Shown here piece by piece: positions 44,117-54,734 of a stretch of 64,000 bases of DNA. The position numbers and the translations under genes were made by a program. Source of the stretch: Acidobacteriota bacterium (GTDB lineage Bacteria > Acidobacteriota > Vicinamibacteria > Vicinamibacterales > UBA2999); assembly GCA_046727855.1 (NCBI GenBank), contig JBKPDL010000026.1, forward strand, positions 2,343 to 66,342, given 5' to 3'. The notes under the pieces were generated by a model. That model had not been told where the DNA came from. It saw only the letters and a program-made list of their open reading frames with translations, and did not search any database. Numbering within the stretch: position 1 is the first letter of the stretch; the number at the start of each line of letters is the position of its first letter.

Positions 44117-45961
44117 TCATCTCGCATATTGCAACTCGTACAGCGTCCTGTAGATTCCACGTTCTGCCAACAGCTCCTGGTGAGTCCCCGATTCGCGCAG
44201 TTGTCCTTTGTGAAACACCAGGATCCGATCCATGTCTTGAATCGTCGAGAGACGATGAGCGATCGCAAGCGTTGTTCGTCCGTTCATCAGCACGCGCAGC
44301 GCATCGCGCACCAGCAACTCTGTTTCCGTGTCAACGCTCGACGTCGCTTCGTCGAGAATCAGCACCGCTGGATTGAAGGCGAGCGCGCGCGCAAACGACA
44401 GCAGTTGCTTCTGCCCCGCCGACAGCGTTGCACCGCGCTCCACCACTTCGGCGCCGATGCCGCCTAACCGCTGCACAAACGTACTGGCGTACACGGCCTC
44501 GAGTACCCGGCGCACATCGTCGTCCGTCACGTCGGTCCGGCCAAGGCGAACGTTGCTTGCGATCGAGCCGGAGAACAAGTGGACGTCCTGCAGGACCAGC
44601 CCGAAGAGGGAACGCAGACGCTGCAGCGGCAGCTCGCGGATGTCTACACCGTCCACCGTGATCCATCCCCGGTTGACGTCGTAAAACCGCATTAGGAGAT
44701 TGATGATCGTTGTCTTACCCGCGCCAGTGGCGCCGACGATCCCAATACGCTCGCCTGGGCGGACCGTGAAAGAAACGTCGCGAAGGACGTACTCCTCGTC
44801 GGTGTAGGCGAACCAGACGTGGTCGAAGGTCAGCTCGGGCTGGTGGGGCTGCTGGGATGGGTTGGGTAGGTAGGGCACGTCGGCCCGGTGGCGAAGTTCC
44901 GCAGATTCCCCCTGCCCTGCCTGAATTACGCCACCCGCCCTACTATCCCTGTCAGCCTCACTTGCCCCAATTTCCACCGGTGTATCTAACAAACCGAAGA
45001 TTCGCTCGGACGATGCCATTGCCGCCTGCAGGATGTTGAATTTCTCCGATAAATCCTGAATCGGCCGGAAGAAGCGCTGGGCGTACTGAATAAACGCGAC
45101 GAGCGTTCCCAGCGTCAAGCTGCCCTCGAGCACGCGGATGCCGCCAAACCACAACAACAACGCGACCGCGAGCGCGCTGACCAGCTCGATCGCGGGATAG
45201 AACACCGCGTAATAGAAGATCGACCGGATATTGGCCTGCCGGTGCTGATCGTTGATCTCGACGAAGCGATCGAGATTCCGGCGCTCGCGGCGGAACAGTT
45301 GGACGGTGGAGGTGCCGGTGATGTTCTCCTGCAGGAACGCGTTGATGCGCGCGATCCAGATGCGAACGTCGCGGTACGTCTGCCGGACATGCACGCGGAA
45401 CCACTGCGTGATCATCACGATCAGCGGCAGCACCGAAAACGCGATCAACGCCAGCCGCCAATCGAGCACGAGCATCGTCACCATGATGCCGACGAGCGTG
45501 AAGACGTCGCCAAACACTGAGACCACACCGGAGGTGAAAAGCTCGTTCAGCGCGTCCACGTCGGTCGTGACGCGCGTCATCAGGCGGCCAACCGGATTTC
45601 TGTCGTAGAACCGGACATCCAGTCGCTGCAGGTGCGTGTAAATCTCGGTTCGCAGATCGAACATGATCCGCTGCCCCGTCATCTGCAGCATCCAGGTCTG
45701 GGTAAACTCCAACACGAATTCGGCGACGATCACCCCGACGTAGAGCATCGCGATCCAGCGGAGACCGTCGAAGTCGCGCGCCGGAATCGAAGCATCGATC
45801 ACCTGGCGCGTCAACCAGGGTGGCGCAAGCTGCAGGATGGCGCCCGCGATGATTGCCGCGAGTGCGATCAGAACGGACCGCGAGTAAGGCCGTAAATAGG
45901 TCAACAGCCGGCGCATCAAACGCGCGTCATACGCTTTGCCGAGAACGTCTTCTTCGTGCAT
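44117..45961 (-). CDS. ABC exporter, fused permease/ATPase (MsbA/MdlB-like)
   Basis: 6-TM domain followed by an NBD with Walker A GATGAGKTT, signature LSAGQKQL and Walker B ILILDEATS. There is a roughly 40-aa insertion before the NBD. Confidence 0.9.
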   Translation of the reverse strand: MHEEDVLGKAYDARLMRRLLTYLRPYSRSVLIALAAIIAGAILQLAPPWLTRQVIDASIPARDFDGLRWIAMLYVGVIVAEFVLEFTQTWMLQMTGQRIMFDLRTEIYTHLQRLDVRFYDRNPVGRLMTRVTTDVDALNELFTSGVVSVFGDVFTLVGIMVTMLVLDWRLALIAFSVLPLIVMITQWFRVHVRQTYRDVRIWIARINAFLQENITGTSTVQLFRRERRNLDRFVEINDQHRQANIRSIFYYAVFYPAIELVSALAVALLLWFGGIRVLEGSLTLGTLVAFIQYAQRFFRPIQDLSEKFNILQAAMASSERIFGLLDTPVEIGASEADRDSRAGGVIQAGQGESAELRHRADVPYLPNPSQQPHQPELTFDHVWFAYTDEEYVLRDVSFTVRPGERIGIVGATGAGKTTIINLLMRFYDVNRGWITVDGVDIRELPLQRLRSLFGLVLQDVHLFSGSIASNVRLGRTDVTDDDVRRVLEAVYASTFVQRLGGIGAEVVERGATLSAGQKQLLSFARALAFNPAVLILDEATSSVDTETELLVRDALRVLMNGRTTLAIAHRLSTIQDMDRILVFHKGQLRESGTHQELLAERGIYRTLYELQYAR

Positions 45962-46017
45962 GGGTTGGTCGTCGGCCGACGGTGTACGGTCGACCTTTCA
46001 ATAAAACCCGGAGCCGC

Positions 46018-46040
46018 GGAGCTTTAGCTCCGCCTACGAC
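46018..46040 (+). repeat. dispersed stem-loop + GCC(T)ACGAC element
   Basis: GGAGC-TTTA-GCTCC-GCCTACGAC. It overlaps the stop codon of the upstream ABC gene. Confidence 0.55.
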
Positions 46041-47860
46041 GCAGCAAGTTCTTCCTCCAACAATTGCTTCTGATGGAGATCGGCGTAGATGCCGCCCATC
46101 GCCACGAGCTCGTTGTGGGTGCCGCGCTCGGCGATACGCCCGCCGTCCAACACGAGAATGAGATCCGCGTCCCGAACCGTCGAGATTCGATGCGAAACGA
46201 TCAGCGCGGTGCGCTCGCCCATCACTTGCCGCAGTCTGCCCAAGATCTCCTCCTCTGTGTGCGTATCTACTGCCGACAGCGCATCGTCCAGAATCAGGAT
46301 TCGTGGATCGACATACAGCGCCCGCGCTATCGCCGTGCGCTGCTTTTGCCCACCCGACAACGTGATGCCACGCTCGCCGACACGGGTTTGGTAACCTTGG
46401 GGAAAATCGGCGACATCCTTATCGAGCCGCGCAATCGCCGACACTTCCGCAATCCGCTCCACATCGGCGTAATTGCGCACCGCCCCTTCTGCACCCCCCG
46501 GACTATCCGCACCCGAACTGCCCGCCGCAAACGCAACGTTTTCGGCAACCGTATCGGAGAACAAGAACGGCTCCTGCGGCACGAAGGCGATCGCGCCGCG
46601 CACCGTCGCAAGCGGCAAGGTCCGAACGTCCATACCATCGATGAACACCGTGCCGGGCGGCGGGTCGTGTAACCGTGCAAGCAGCGAGAGCAGCGTGCTT
46701 TTGCCCGACCCAGTACGTCCCACGATCGCGACCTTCTGCCCCGCCGCGATCCGGACGTTGACGTTGTCGAGCACGCGTTGATCGCCGTATGCGAACGACA
46801 GGTTGCGGAACTCAACGGCGCCTCGAATGTCGGCAGCCGACACGTCGGTTCGTGTCTCGCTCATGTCGGCAATGGCTGGCGGGGTATCCATGACTTCGAG
46901 CATCCGGCTCCACGATGCGCGGCCTCGCTGCAGCAGATTCGTCACCCAGCCGAAGGCGATCATGGGCCACGACAGCATCATCAGGTAGGTGTTGAAGGCG
47001 ACGAGCTCGCCGACCGACATGCGGCCGGCAATCACATCGCGTGCGCCAATCCAGAGCACGAGCAGCTCGGAGACGCCCATGAAAAAGCCCATGCTCGGAA
47101 AAAACAACCCCTGCATCCGAATCAGTGTGCGATTGCGGTCGATGTATTCCTGATTGGCGCGGCGAAACCGCTCGAGCTCGTAGTTCTCCTGTCCGTAGGC
47201 GCGAATCACGCGTACACCGGCGAGGGCCTCTTGTGTAACCGCGCTCAGGTCCGAAAGCTGCTGCTGAATCCGTTCGAAGCGCTCGTGAATAGCGCGGCCC
47301 GAGTAGCGCGCGACAAGCGTCACCACCGGCAGCGGAAGCAGCGCAATCAGCGTGAGACGTGCGTTGATCGTCGCCATCATCGACAGCGCGACCACGAAGG
47401 TGAACGCCGTGCTCGCGGTGTACATCACCGCCGGACCGATCATCATGCGCACCGCATTGAGATCGTTGGTCGCCCGCGACATCAGATCGCCGGTGCGATG
47501 ACGATGAAAGTACGAGAGTGGAAGTCGCTGCAGGTGCGCGAAGAAGGCGTTGCGCAGGTCGTACTCGATATCGCGCGACGCGCCGATGATGACGCGTCGC
47601 ATCACGTATCGGCTCACGCCGCCGATGATCGTCACCGCCAATATCAGCGACGCATAGACCAGCAGCTTGGCACGGGTGACGCCTTGCTGCAGATCGTCGA
47701 TCGCATGGCGCAACACCCATGGCCCCAGCAACGTGACCGCCGCTGTGGAGACGACGCACGCGAATCCGAGGACATAACGTCCGCGATAACGGACAACAAA
47801 CCTCAACAGGCGATGGAAAGATGAGTTCAACGCAGGTCTTTCACCTATTTTCCATGACAA
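46034..47860 (-). CDS. ABC exporter, fused permease/ATPase (heterodimer partner)
   Basis: Walker [10 protein letters not shown], signature LSGGQKQR, Walker [10 protein letters not shown]. Confidence 0.9.
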   Translation of the reverse strand: MSWKIGERPALNSSFHRLLRFVVRYRGRYVLGFACVVSTAAVTLLGPWVLRHAIDDLQQGVTRAKLLVYASLILAVTIIGGVSRYVMRRVIIGASRDIEYDLRNAFFAHLQRLPLSYFHRHRTGDLMSRATNDLNAVRMMIGPAVMYTASTAFTFVVALSMMATINARLTLIALLPLPVVTLVARYSGRAIHERFERIQQQLSDLSAVTQEALAGVRVIRAYGQENYELERFRRANQEYIDRNRTLIRMQGLFFPSMGFFMGVSELLVLWIGARDVIAGRMSVGELVAFNTYLMMLSWPMIAFGWVTNLLQRGRASWSRMLEVMDTPPAIADMSETRTDVSAADIRGAVEFRNLSFAYGDQRVLDNVNVRIAAGQKVAIVGRTGSGKSTLLSLLARLHDPPPGTVFIDGMDVRTLPLATVRGAIAFVPQEPFLFSDTVAENVAFAAGSSGADSPGGAEGAVRNYADVERIAEVSAIARLDKDVADFPQGYQTRVGERGITLSGGQKQRTAIARALYVDPRILILDDALSAVDTHTEEEILGRLRQVMGERTALIVSHRISTVRDADLILVLDGGRIAERGTHNELVAMGGIYADLHQKQLLEEELAAS

Positions 47861-47909
47861 TCGCTTGCATTACCCCAAAGCCCTGCTGGTATCATCGAGC
47901 CGCCCAACT

Positions 47910-49742
<1,833 letters not shown>

Positions 49743-49770
49743 ATGGTTTAGCCGGTTACAATGAAAATCA

Positions 49771-50595
49771 ATGGTTGAGCTGGTTCACCGATTAAGGCGC
49801 GTTGCATTTGCGCTGTTCGTCGTTCTCACGTGGGTTTCTCTAGCTGAGGCGCAATATCGACGGCCACTAGAACCGTCGATTGGCGAGGACTACCACGTTG
49901 AGGCATCCGCCGTCCTCTGGAGCGCGGCGCCCGGTCTCGATATCTCCAGCGATGGGCTGGGACAAACCGGCACGGTCATCGATCTCGTCGACGACCTCAA
50001 CATACAGAAGAAGATGATTCGCGAGATTCGCGTCGTTCTTCGCCCCGCGACCAAGCACAAGTTTCACTTCAACTACATGCCGATCAAGTACGAGGCTGAA
50101 GCCAGCGTGCCGCGCGAGTTCGTCTTCAATGGTCAGCGCTATCGCATTGGTATGCCGGTCAACACCACAGCCCAGTTGACGACGTACCGGCTAGGTTACG
50201 AGTACGATTTCTTCTATCGCGACAGGGGCTACGCAGGCGTAATGTTCGATCTCAAGTACACGAACGTCGATGTTACGCTCGCGACGCCTATTACGTCCGA
50301 GTTCATGAAGGCACCGGCGCCTATTCCGGCCCTCGGGTTCACCGGACGCGGTTACATTGCATCTAACACGTCGGTGACCGGGGAGATTTCATTCTTCAAG
50401 GTCCCTGAGAACCTCGGCGGCGAAGACTTCGGCGGCCGGTATATCGATTTCGACATTTACGGCACCTTTAACTTCAACAACAACGTTGGTGCGCAGTTTG
50501 GATACCGCTCTGTGGATGTGGACTACTTCACAGAAGCCGATACCGGCGCGCTCAACTTCAGAGGACCGTACTTCACCGGCGTCGTCCGGTTTTGA
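49771..50595 (+). CDS. predicted outer-membrane beta-barrel protein, unknown function
   Basis: Signal peptide ending SLAEA-QY, alternating aromatic/hydrophilic strands, and a C-terminal GVVRF. G+C is clearly lower (53-57% in three sampled 60-mers) than in flanking genes. Confidence 0.55.
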   Translation: MVELVHRLRRVAFALFVVLTWVSLAEAQYRRPLEPSIGEDYHVEASAVLWSAAPGLDISSDGLGQTGTVIDLVDDLNIQKKMIREIRVVLRPATKHKFHFNYMPIKYEAEASVPREFVFNGQRYRIGMPVNTTAQLTTYRLGYEYDFFYRDRGYAGVMFDLKYTNVDVTLATPITSEFMKAPAPIPALGFTGRGYIASNTSVTGEISFFKVPENLGGEDFGGRYIDFDIYGTFNFNNNVGAQFGYRSVDVDYFTEADTGALNFRGPYFTGVVRF

Positions 50596-50657
50596 CCAGG
50601 CCGACCTCAACGTTCACGGCTACGGGTTCGAATTGAGCAGTGACCAGCCGCGGCCTC

Positions 50658-51413
50658 TCAGGTCCTCCCCACCGGTTTAATCGCATGCAACAACAACGAG
50701 CTGCCAATCGGCATGTTCGTCACGCGCAGCGCGGCGGCTTCTAACCCCACCAGCGTGCTGAAGAATCCGTTAATCGGCGCCGGCGGCACCGTGATGTCGA
50801 ACTCGCCTGCCTCCAGCTTGCCACCGCTCCGCCAGCGTTGCCAGAGCCGTACCGGCAGCATGATCGGGAAGAGCGTCGCATGTGCGAAGGTCAAACGCTC
50901 GATGACGAAGCCGGCGCACTTGAAGAGCGCGCGCAGCGTCGCCGGCGTATAGCGGCGCACTTCTTCCGACAGCACCGAGTGTCCACCGCTCAACACGTTG
51001 AGCGCCGCGACGTTGAGGATCGCGTGACCTCCGGGTTTCAGCACGCGCCACATTTCGCGCACCGCCTCGCGCTCCACCGCATCAGGCAGCGTCTGAAACA
51101 CGTCAAACGACGTGACCACATCGAATTGGCCGCTCGCAAACGGTATGGCGGCAATGCTCGCGCGCGCGATGTCGCGGCGCCCCATGGCGCGGGCAAAGGC
51201 GAGGCCATTCCATGTGAGATCGAACCCAAAGGCGTCGCCAAACTTCTCGAGCATCGCGAGATTGGAACCGGTACCGCAACCGCAATCGAGCAAACGCGGA
51301 CGCGCGCGACCCTTGACCGCGCGCGCGATTTCAGGGCGCACATACCAACGAAACCCGCGAAACCAAAAGTGTGATTGCTCGGCGCGATAGGTGAGTTCGA
51401 GCAGGCGGTCCAT
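50658..51413 (-). CDS. class I SAM-dependent methyltransferase
   Basis: RLLDCGCGTGSNL (motif I), FDVVTSFDVF, LKPGGHAILNV. Confidence 0.85.
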   Translation of the reverse strand: MDRLLELTYRAEQSHFWFRGFRWYVRPEIARAVKGRARPRLLDCGCGTGSNLAMLEKFGDAFGFDLTWNGLAFARAMGRRDIARASIAAIPFASGQFDVVTSFDVFQTLPDAVEREAVREMWRVLKPGGHAILNVAALNVLSGGHSVLSEEVRRYTPATLRALFKCAGFVIERLTFAHATLFPIMLPVRLWQRWRSGGKLEAGEFDITVPPAPINGFFSTLVGLEAAALRVTNMPIGSSLLLHAIKPVGRT

Positions 51414-51437
51414 GCAGTCGGGACGGGGCGAGGCCTC

Positions 51438-53102
51438 ATGCTACCATGGCGCTCCGTGATCGCCTGCGCGCGTGGCCTCGGCGAGGCGCTCCTCGTCGTC
51501 GTGGCCGGCCTGATGCTGACTGTGGCAATGACCTACCCGTTGGCGTTCAAGATCGATTCAATCGGCCGCCTCAACACCGACGACGGACGTTGGAGCATAT
51601 GGGTCGTGTCGTGGGTAGCGCACGCGCTGACGACAAATCCGCTGGGTGTATTCGACGCCAATATCTTTTACCCGCACAAGTCGACGCTGGCGTATTCGGA
51701 AGCCAACATCGTCGCCGGCGCGATCGGCGCACCGATATGGGCGATGTCGCACAATCCATATCTCACGCACAACTTTGTCGTGATCGTTTCGTTCGTGACG
51801 GCGTTTGCCGGAGCGTATTACTTGGTCCGGTATCTCGCGATTAGCCGCGCGGCCGCGATGGTGGCGGCGGTCCTGTATGCGTTTTGCCCCTTCGTCTTCG
51901 CGCGAACGGCACACATTCAACTGCTGCTCACCGGCGGCCTTCCGTTCTGCATGCTCGCCTTTCATCGCCTCGTGATTCAGCCAACCGTGCCGCGCGCGAC
52001 GACGCTCGGCGTCCTCATCGCGGTGCAATCACTCGCGTGTGCGTACTACGGCGTGTTTGCCATCCTGATGGTTGGGCTCGGCACGGCGCTGTTCGCAGTA
52101 ACACGCGGCCTGTGGCGTTCGCGTGACTATTGGATCGGTCTCGGACTTGCGGCGTTTGTCAGCGCGGCGTTGACGTTTCCGTTCTTCTTGCCGTACCTGC
52201 GCGTGCAGCGTGAGCTGGGATTTGCACGAACCCTCGAGGACACGCGCGAGTTTTCAGTGAATGCCGGAGCGTGGTTTGCGTCGTCGGCGTGGGCGCACCG
52301 GTGGTGGCTTCCCGGCCTGGGTGAATTCAACGAGGTGCTGTTTCCCGGAATTCTCACACTCGTCCTCGGTATCAGCGGCGCGATTTGGATGTGGAGGAAC
52401 ACTGCGCACGGCAATCGCGACGTGTTCCTGCTGTATTTCCTGATCGCCGTGATTGCGTTCTGGTCGTCGTTCGGCCCAGACGCAGGTCTCTACTGGATCT
52501 TGTACAAAACGATCCCGATTTTCTCTTTCATGCGCGCACCCGGCCGGATGGGGATCATGGTGGTGCTGGCGCTGATCGTTCTCGCCGGACCGCTGCTGGC
52601 ATCGATGCTCGCCCGCATGCGTTTGCCGTTGCTCGCGGGCGCAACAGTGGCGCTCATCGCGGCCGCGGAGCTGGCCGCAGCCCCGCTCCGGCAGCTACGT
52701 GACGCCGAGCCAGTCTCGCCTGTGTACCGCACGCTCGCCACCCTGAGCTATGCGCCAGTGATCGAGCTGCCCTATTGGTACGAGCGCAGCGACTTCCCGC
52801 GGCATGCCTACTACATGCTCAGTTCAACGACGCACTGGTTCCCGCTGATCAACGGCTACAGCGACCACATTCCGCAGGATTTCCGCGACACAGTGATTCC
52901 GCTCAGCTCGTTTCCATCGCGCGCGTCGTTCCACCTTCTCGGTCGGGTGCACACGCGCTACGTGGTGTTCCACTTGAACATGTACGACGCGCGCCTGCGT
53001 CAGCGGCTGATGGAGCGCCTGGACGCGTACTCAAAGTACCTGCGACCGTTGATGCGCGATGGTGACGTGTGGCTGTTCGAAATCGTCGACTGGCCGAAGT
53101 AG
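51438..53102 (+). CDS. polytopic membrane protein, GT-C-like putative glycosyltransferase (paralog 1)
   Basis: About 12 TM helices. The first periplasmic loop is NTDDGRWSIWVVSWVAH...FYPH..TLAYSE. There is a C-terminal soluble domain. ATG at 51438. Confidence 0.55.
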   Translation: MLPWRSVIACARGLGEALLVVVAGLMLTVAMTYPLAFKIDSIGRLNTDDGRWSIWVVSWVAHALTTNPLGVFDANIFYPHKSTLAYSEANIVAGAIGAPIWAMSHNPYLTHNFVVIVSFVTAFAGAYYLVRYLAISRAAAMVAAVLYAFCPFVFARTAHIQLLLTGGLPFCMLAFHRLVIQPTVPRATTLGVLIAVQSLACAYYGVFAILMVGLGTALFAVTRGLWRSRDYWIGLGLAAFVSAALTFPFFLPYLRVQRELGFARTLEDTREFSVNAGAWFASSAWAHRWWLPGLGEFNEVLFPGILTLVLGISGAIWMWRNTAHGNRDVFLLYFLIAVIAFWSSFGPDAGLYWILYKTIPIFSFMRAPGRMGIMVVLALIVLAGPLLASMLARMRLPLLAGATVALIAAAELAAAPLRQLRDAEPVSPVYRTLATLSYAPVIELPYWYERSDFPRHAYYMLSSTTHWFPLINGYSDHIPQDFRDTVIPLSSFPSRASFHLLGRVHTRYVVFHLNMYDARLRQRLMERLDAYSKYLRPLMRDGDVWLFEIVDWPK

Positions 53103-54646
53103 CACTATTCGTCGGCCTGACGCTGCTCCACACCTGGCCGCTCGCTTCGGATCCTGCGCATCTTTCACGACTCGACAACAGCGACACGGCGTTCAATACC
53201 TGGGTGGTCGCGTGGGATCAACATCAGCTGACGCGCGATCCGCTGCACCTCTTCGAGGCGCCGATTTTTTATCCCGAGCACGACACGCTCGCGTATTCGG
53301 AGCACCTCATCGTTCCGGCGATCATCGGGCTGCCGTTTGCATGGGCGGGCGCCTCGCCGGTGCTGCTCTACAACCTGCTGGTGATGCTTGCCTTCGTCTT
53401 GTCGGGCCTGTTCATGTGCCGGCTGGTGACGATCTGGACCGGCAGCATCGCCGCGGGGGTGATCGCCGGCGCGTTGTTCGCGTTCAACGCGCACGTGCTG
53501 ACGCGCTTTGCGCATCTGCAGGCGCTGCACGTCGAATTCATTCCAATCGTGTTGTACGCGCTCGATCGGCTGCTCACCGATCCACGACTTCGCTATGCAG
53601 CCCTGCTCGCTGTCGGATTCGTACTGCAGTCACTGTGCTCCAACCACACGATGGTGATGCTCGGCGGCGCGCTTGCTGTTGCGGTGCTGGTACGCCCTGA
53701 AACGTGGCACACGCCCCGACGAGTCTGGTCGCACCTGGCGCTTGCGGGCGCGGCGGGCGCGCTCGCGCTGACGCCGATTCTGCTGCCCTACTACCGGGTC
53801 CATGCGACACAAGGGCTGAATCGCTCCATCGAGGAGGTGCGACTCTATTCGGCCACCTGGGCCGATTATTTCGCCACCGCGGGGCGTGTCCATTACTCGC
53901 TGTGGGCACATCGGCTCGCGGCGGACCGCACGGCGCTGTTTCCCGGCTTCACCGCCGTGCTGCTGTCGTTGGTGGCAATCGCAACGGGCGAGGCGTGGCG
54001 CAATCGCCGCGCACGACTGCTGTTGCCGTTCGCGGTCGCAGGCGTGCTGCTCTCGTTCGGCGCCAATTTGCCGGGCTACGCCTGGCTGCAGGAGCACATC
54101 GGCCTGCTGCAGGGAATTCGCGCGGCTGCACGCTGGGGATACCTGCTGCTCGTCGCCGTTGCGGTGCTCGCTGGATTCGGCGTCGCGGTTCTCCAGCGAC
54201 ACTTCGGGTCGCGGTCGTGGTGGGCTGCGCTCGTCGTGGCGCTCGTTGGTGCCGTCACGATCGAAGCCCTGCGGGCTCCTCTGGCGCTTGTCCGGTTCGA
54301 GGGCGTCCCCTCCGTGTTCGGCCGGATGCGCGCACACGAAGTGCGCGCGATCGTGATGTATCCGCTCTATCAGGGCGAAGTGTTCTACTTGAACGCCCGC
54401 TACTTGCTCGATCAGACGCGCCACTGGAAGCCGCTCGTGAACGGCTACAGCGGCTTCGCGCCGGAGAGTTACGTGCAGCGCGCGGCACGGCTCAATCGTT
54501 TTCCCGCACCCGAAGCGGTCGCCGAACTGCGCGCGCTTGGCGTCAGCCACGCCATGCTGCACTACCGCGCGCCCGAGCTGCGCAGTCACCCAGATTTGGA
54601 GTTGGTGCTCGAACAGGAAGGATGGTCGGTGTATCGGATCCGCTAG
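53069..54646 (+). CDS. polytopic membrane protein, GT-C-like putative glycosyltransferase (paralog 2)
   Basis: Same layout as paralog 1: DNSDTAFNTWVVAWDQH...FYPE.DTLAYSE. The GTG start overlaps paralog 1 by 34 bp. Confidence 0.55.
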   Translation: MAVRNRRLAEVALFVGLTLLHTWPLASDPAHLSRLDNSDTAFNTWVVAWDQHQLTRDPLHLFEAPIFYPEHDTLAYSEHLIVPAIIGLPFAWAGASPVLLYNLLVMLAFVLSGLFMCRLVTIWTGSIAAGVIAGALFAFNAHVLTRFAHLQALHVEFIPIVLYALDRLLTDPRLRYAALLAVGFVLQSLCSNHTMVMLGGALAVAVLVRPETWHTPRRVWSHLALAGAAGALALTPILLPYYRVHATQGLNRSIEEVRLYSATWADYFATAGRVHYSLWAHRLAADRTALFPGFTAVLLSLVAIATGEAWRNRRARLLLPFAVAGVLLSFGANLPGYAWLQEHIGLLQGIRAAARWGYLLLVAVAVLAGFGVAVLQRHFGSRSWWAALVVALVGAVTIEALRAPLALVRFEGVPSVFGRMRAHEVRAIVMYPLYQGEVFYLNARYLLDQTRHWKPLVNGYSGFAPESYVQRAARLNRFPAPEAVAELRALGVSHAMLHYRAPELRSHPDLELVLEQEGWSVYRIR

Positions 54647-54734
54647 AAGGTTGAACCACACACTTCACAGATTCTGAATCGGTGAAATCCGTGCAACATG
54701 TGGCTCGTTTTCTTCGGGGTCAATTGCTGCGGCG

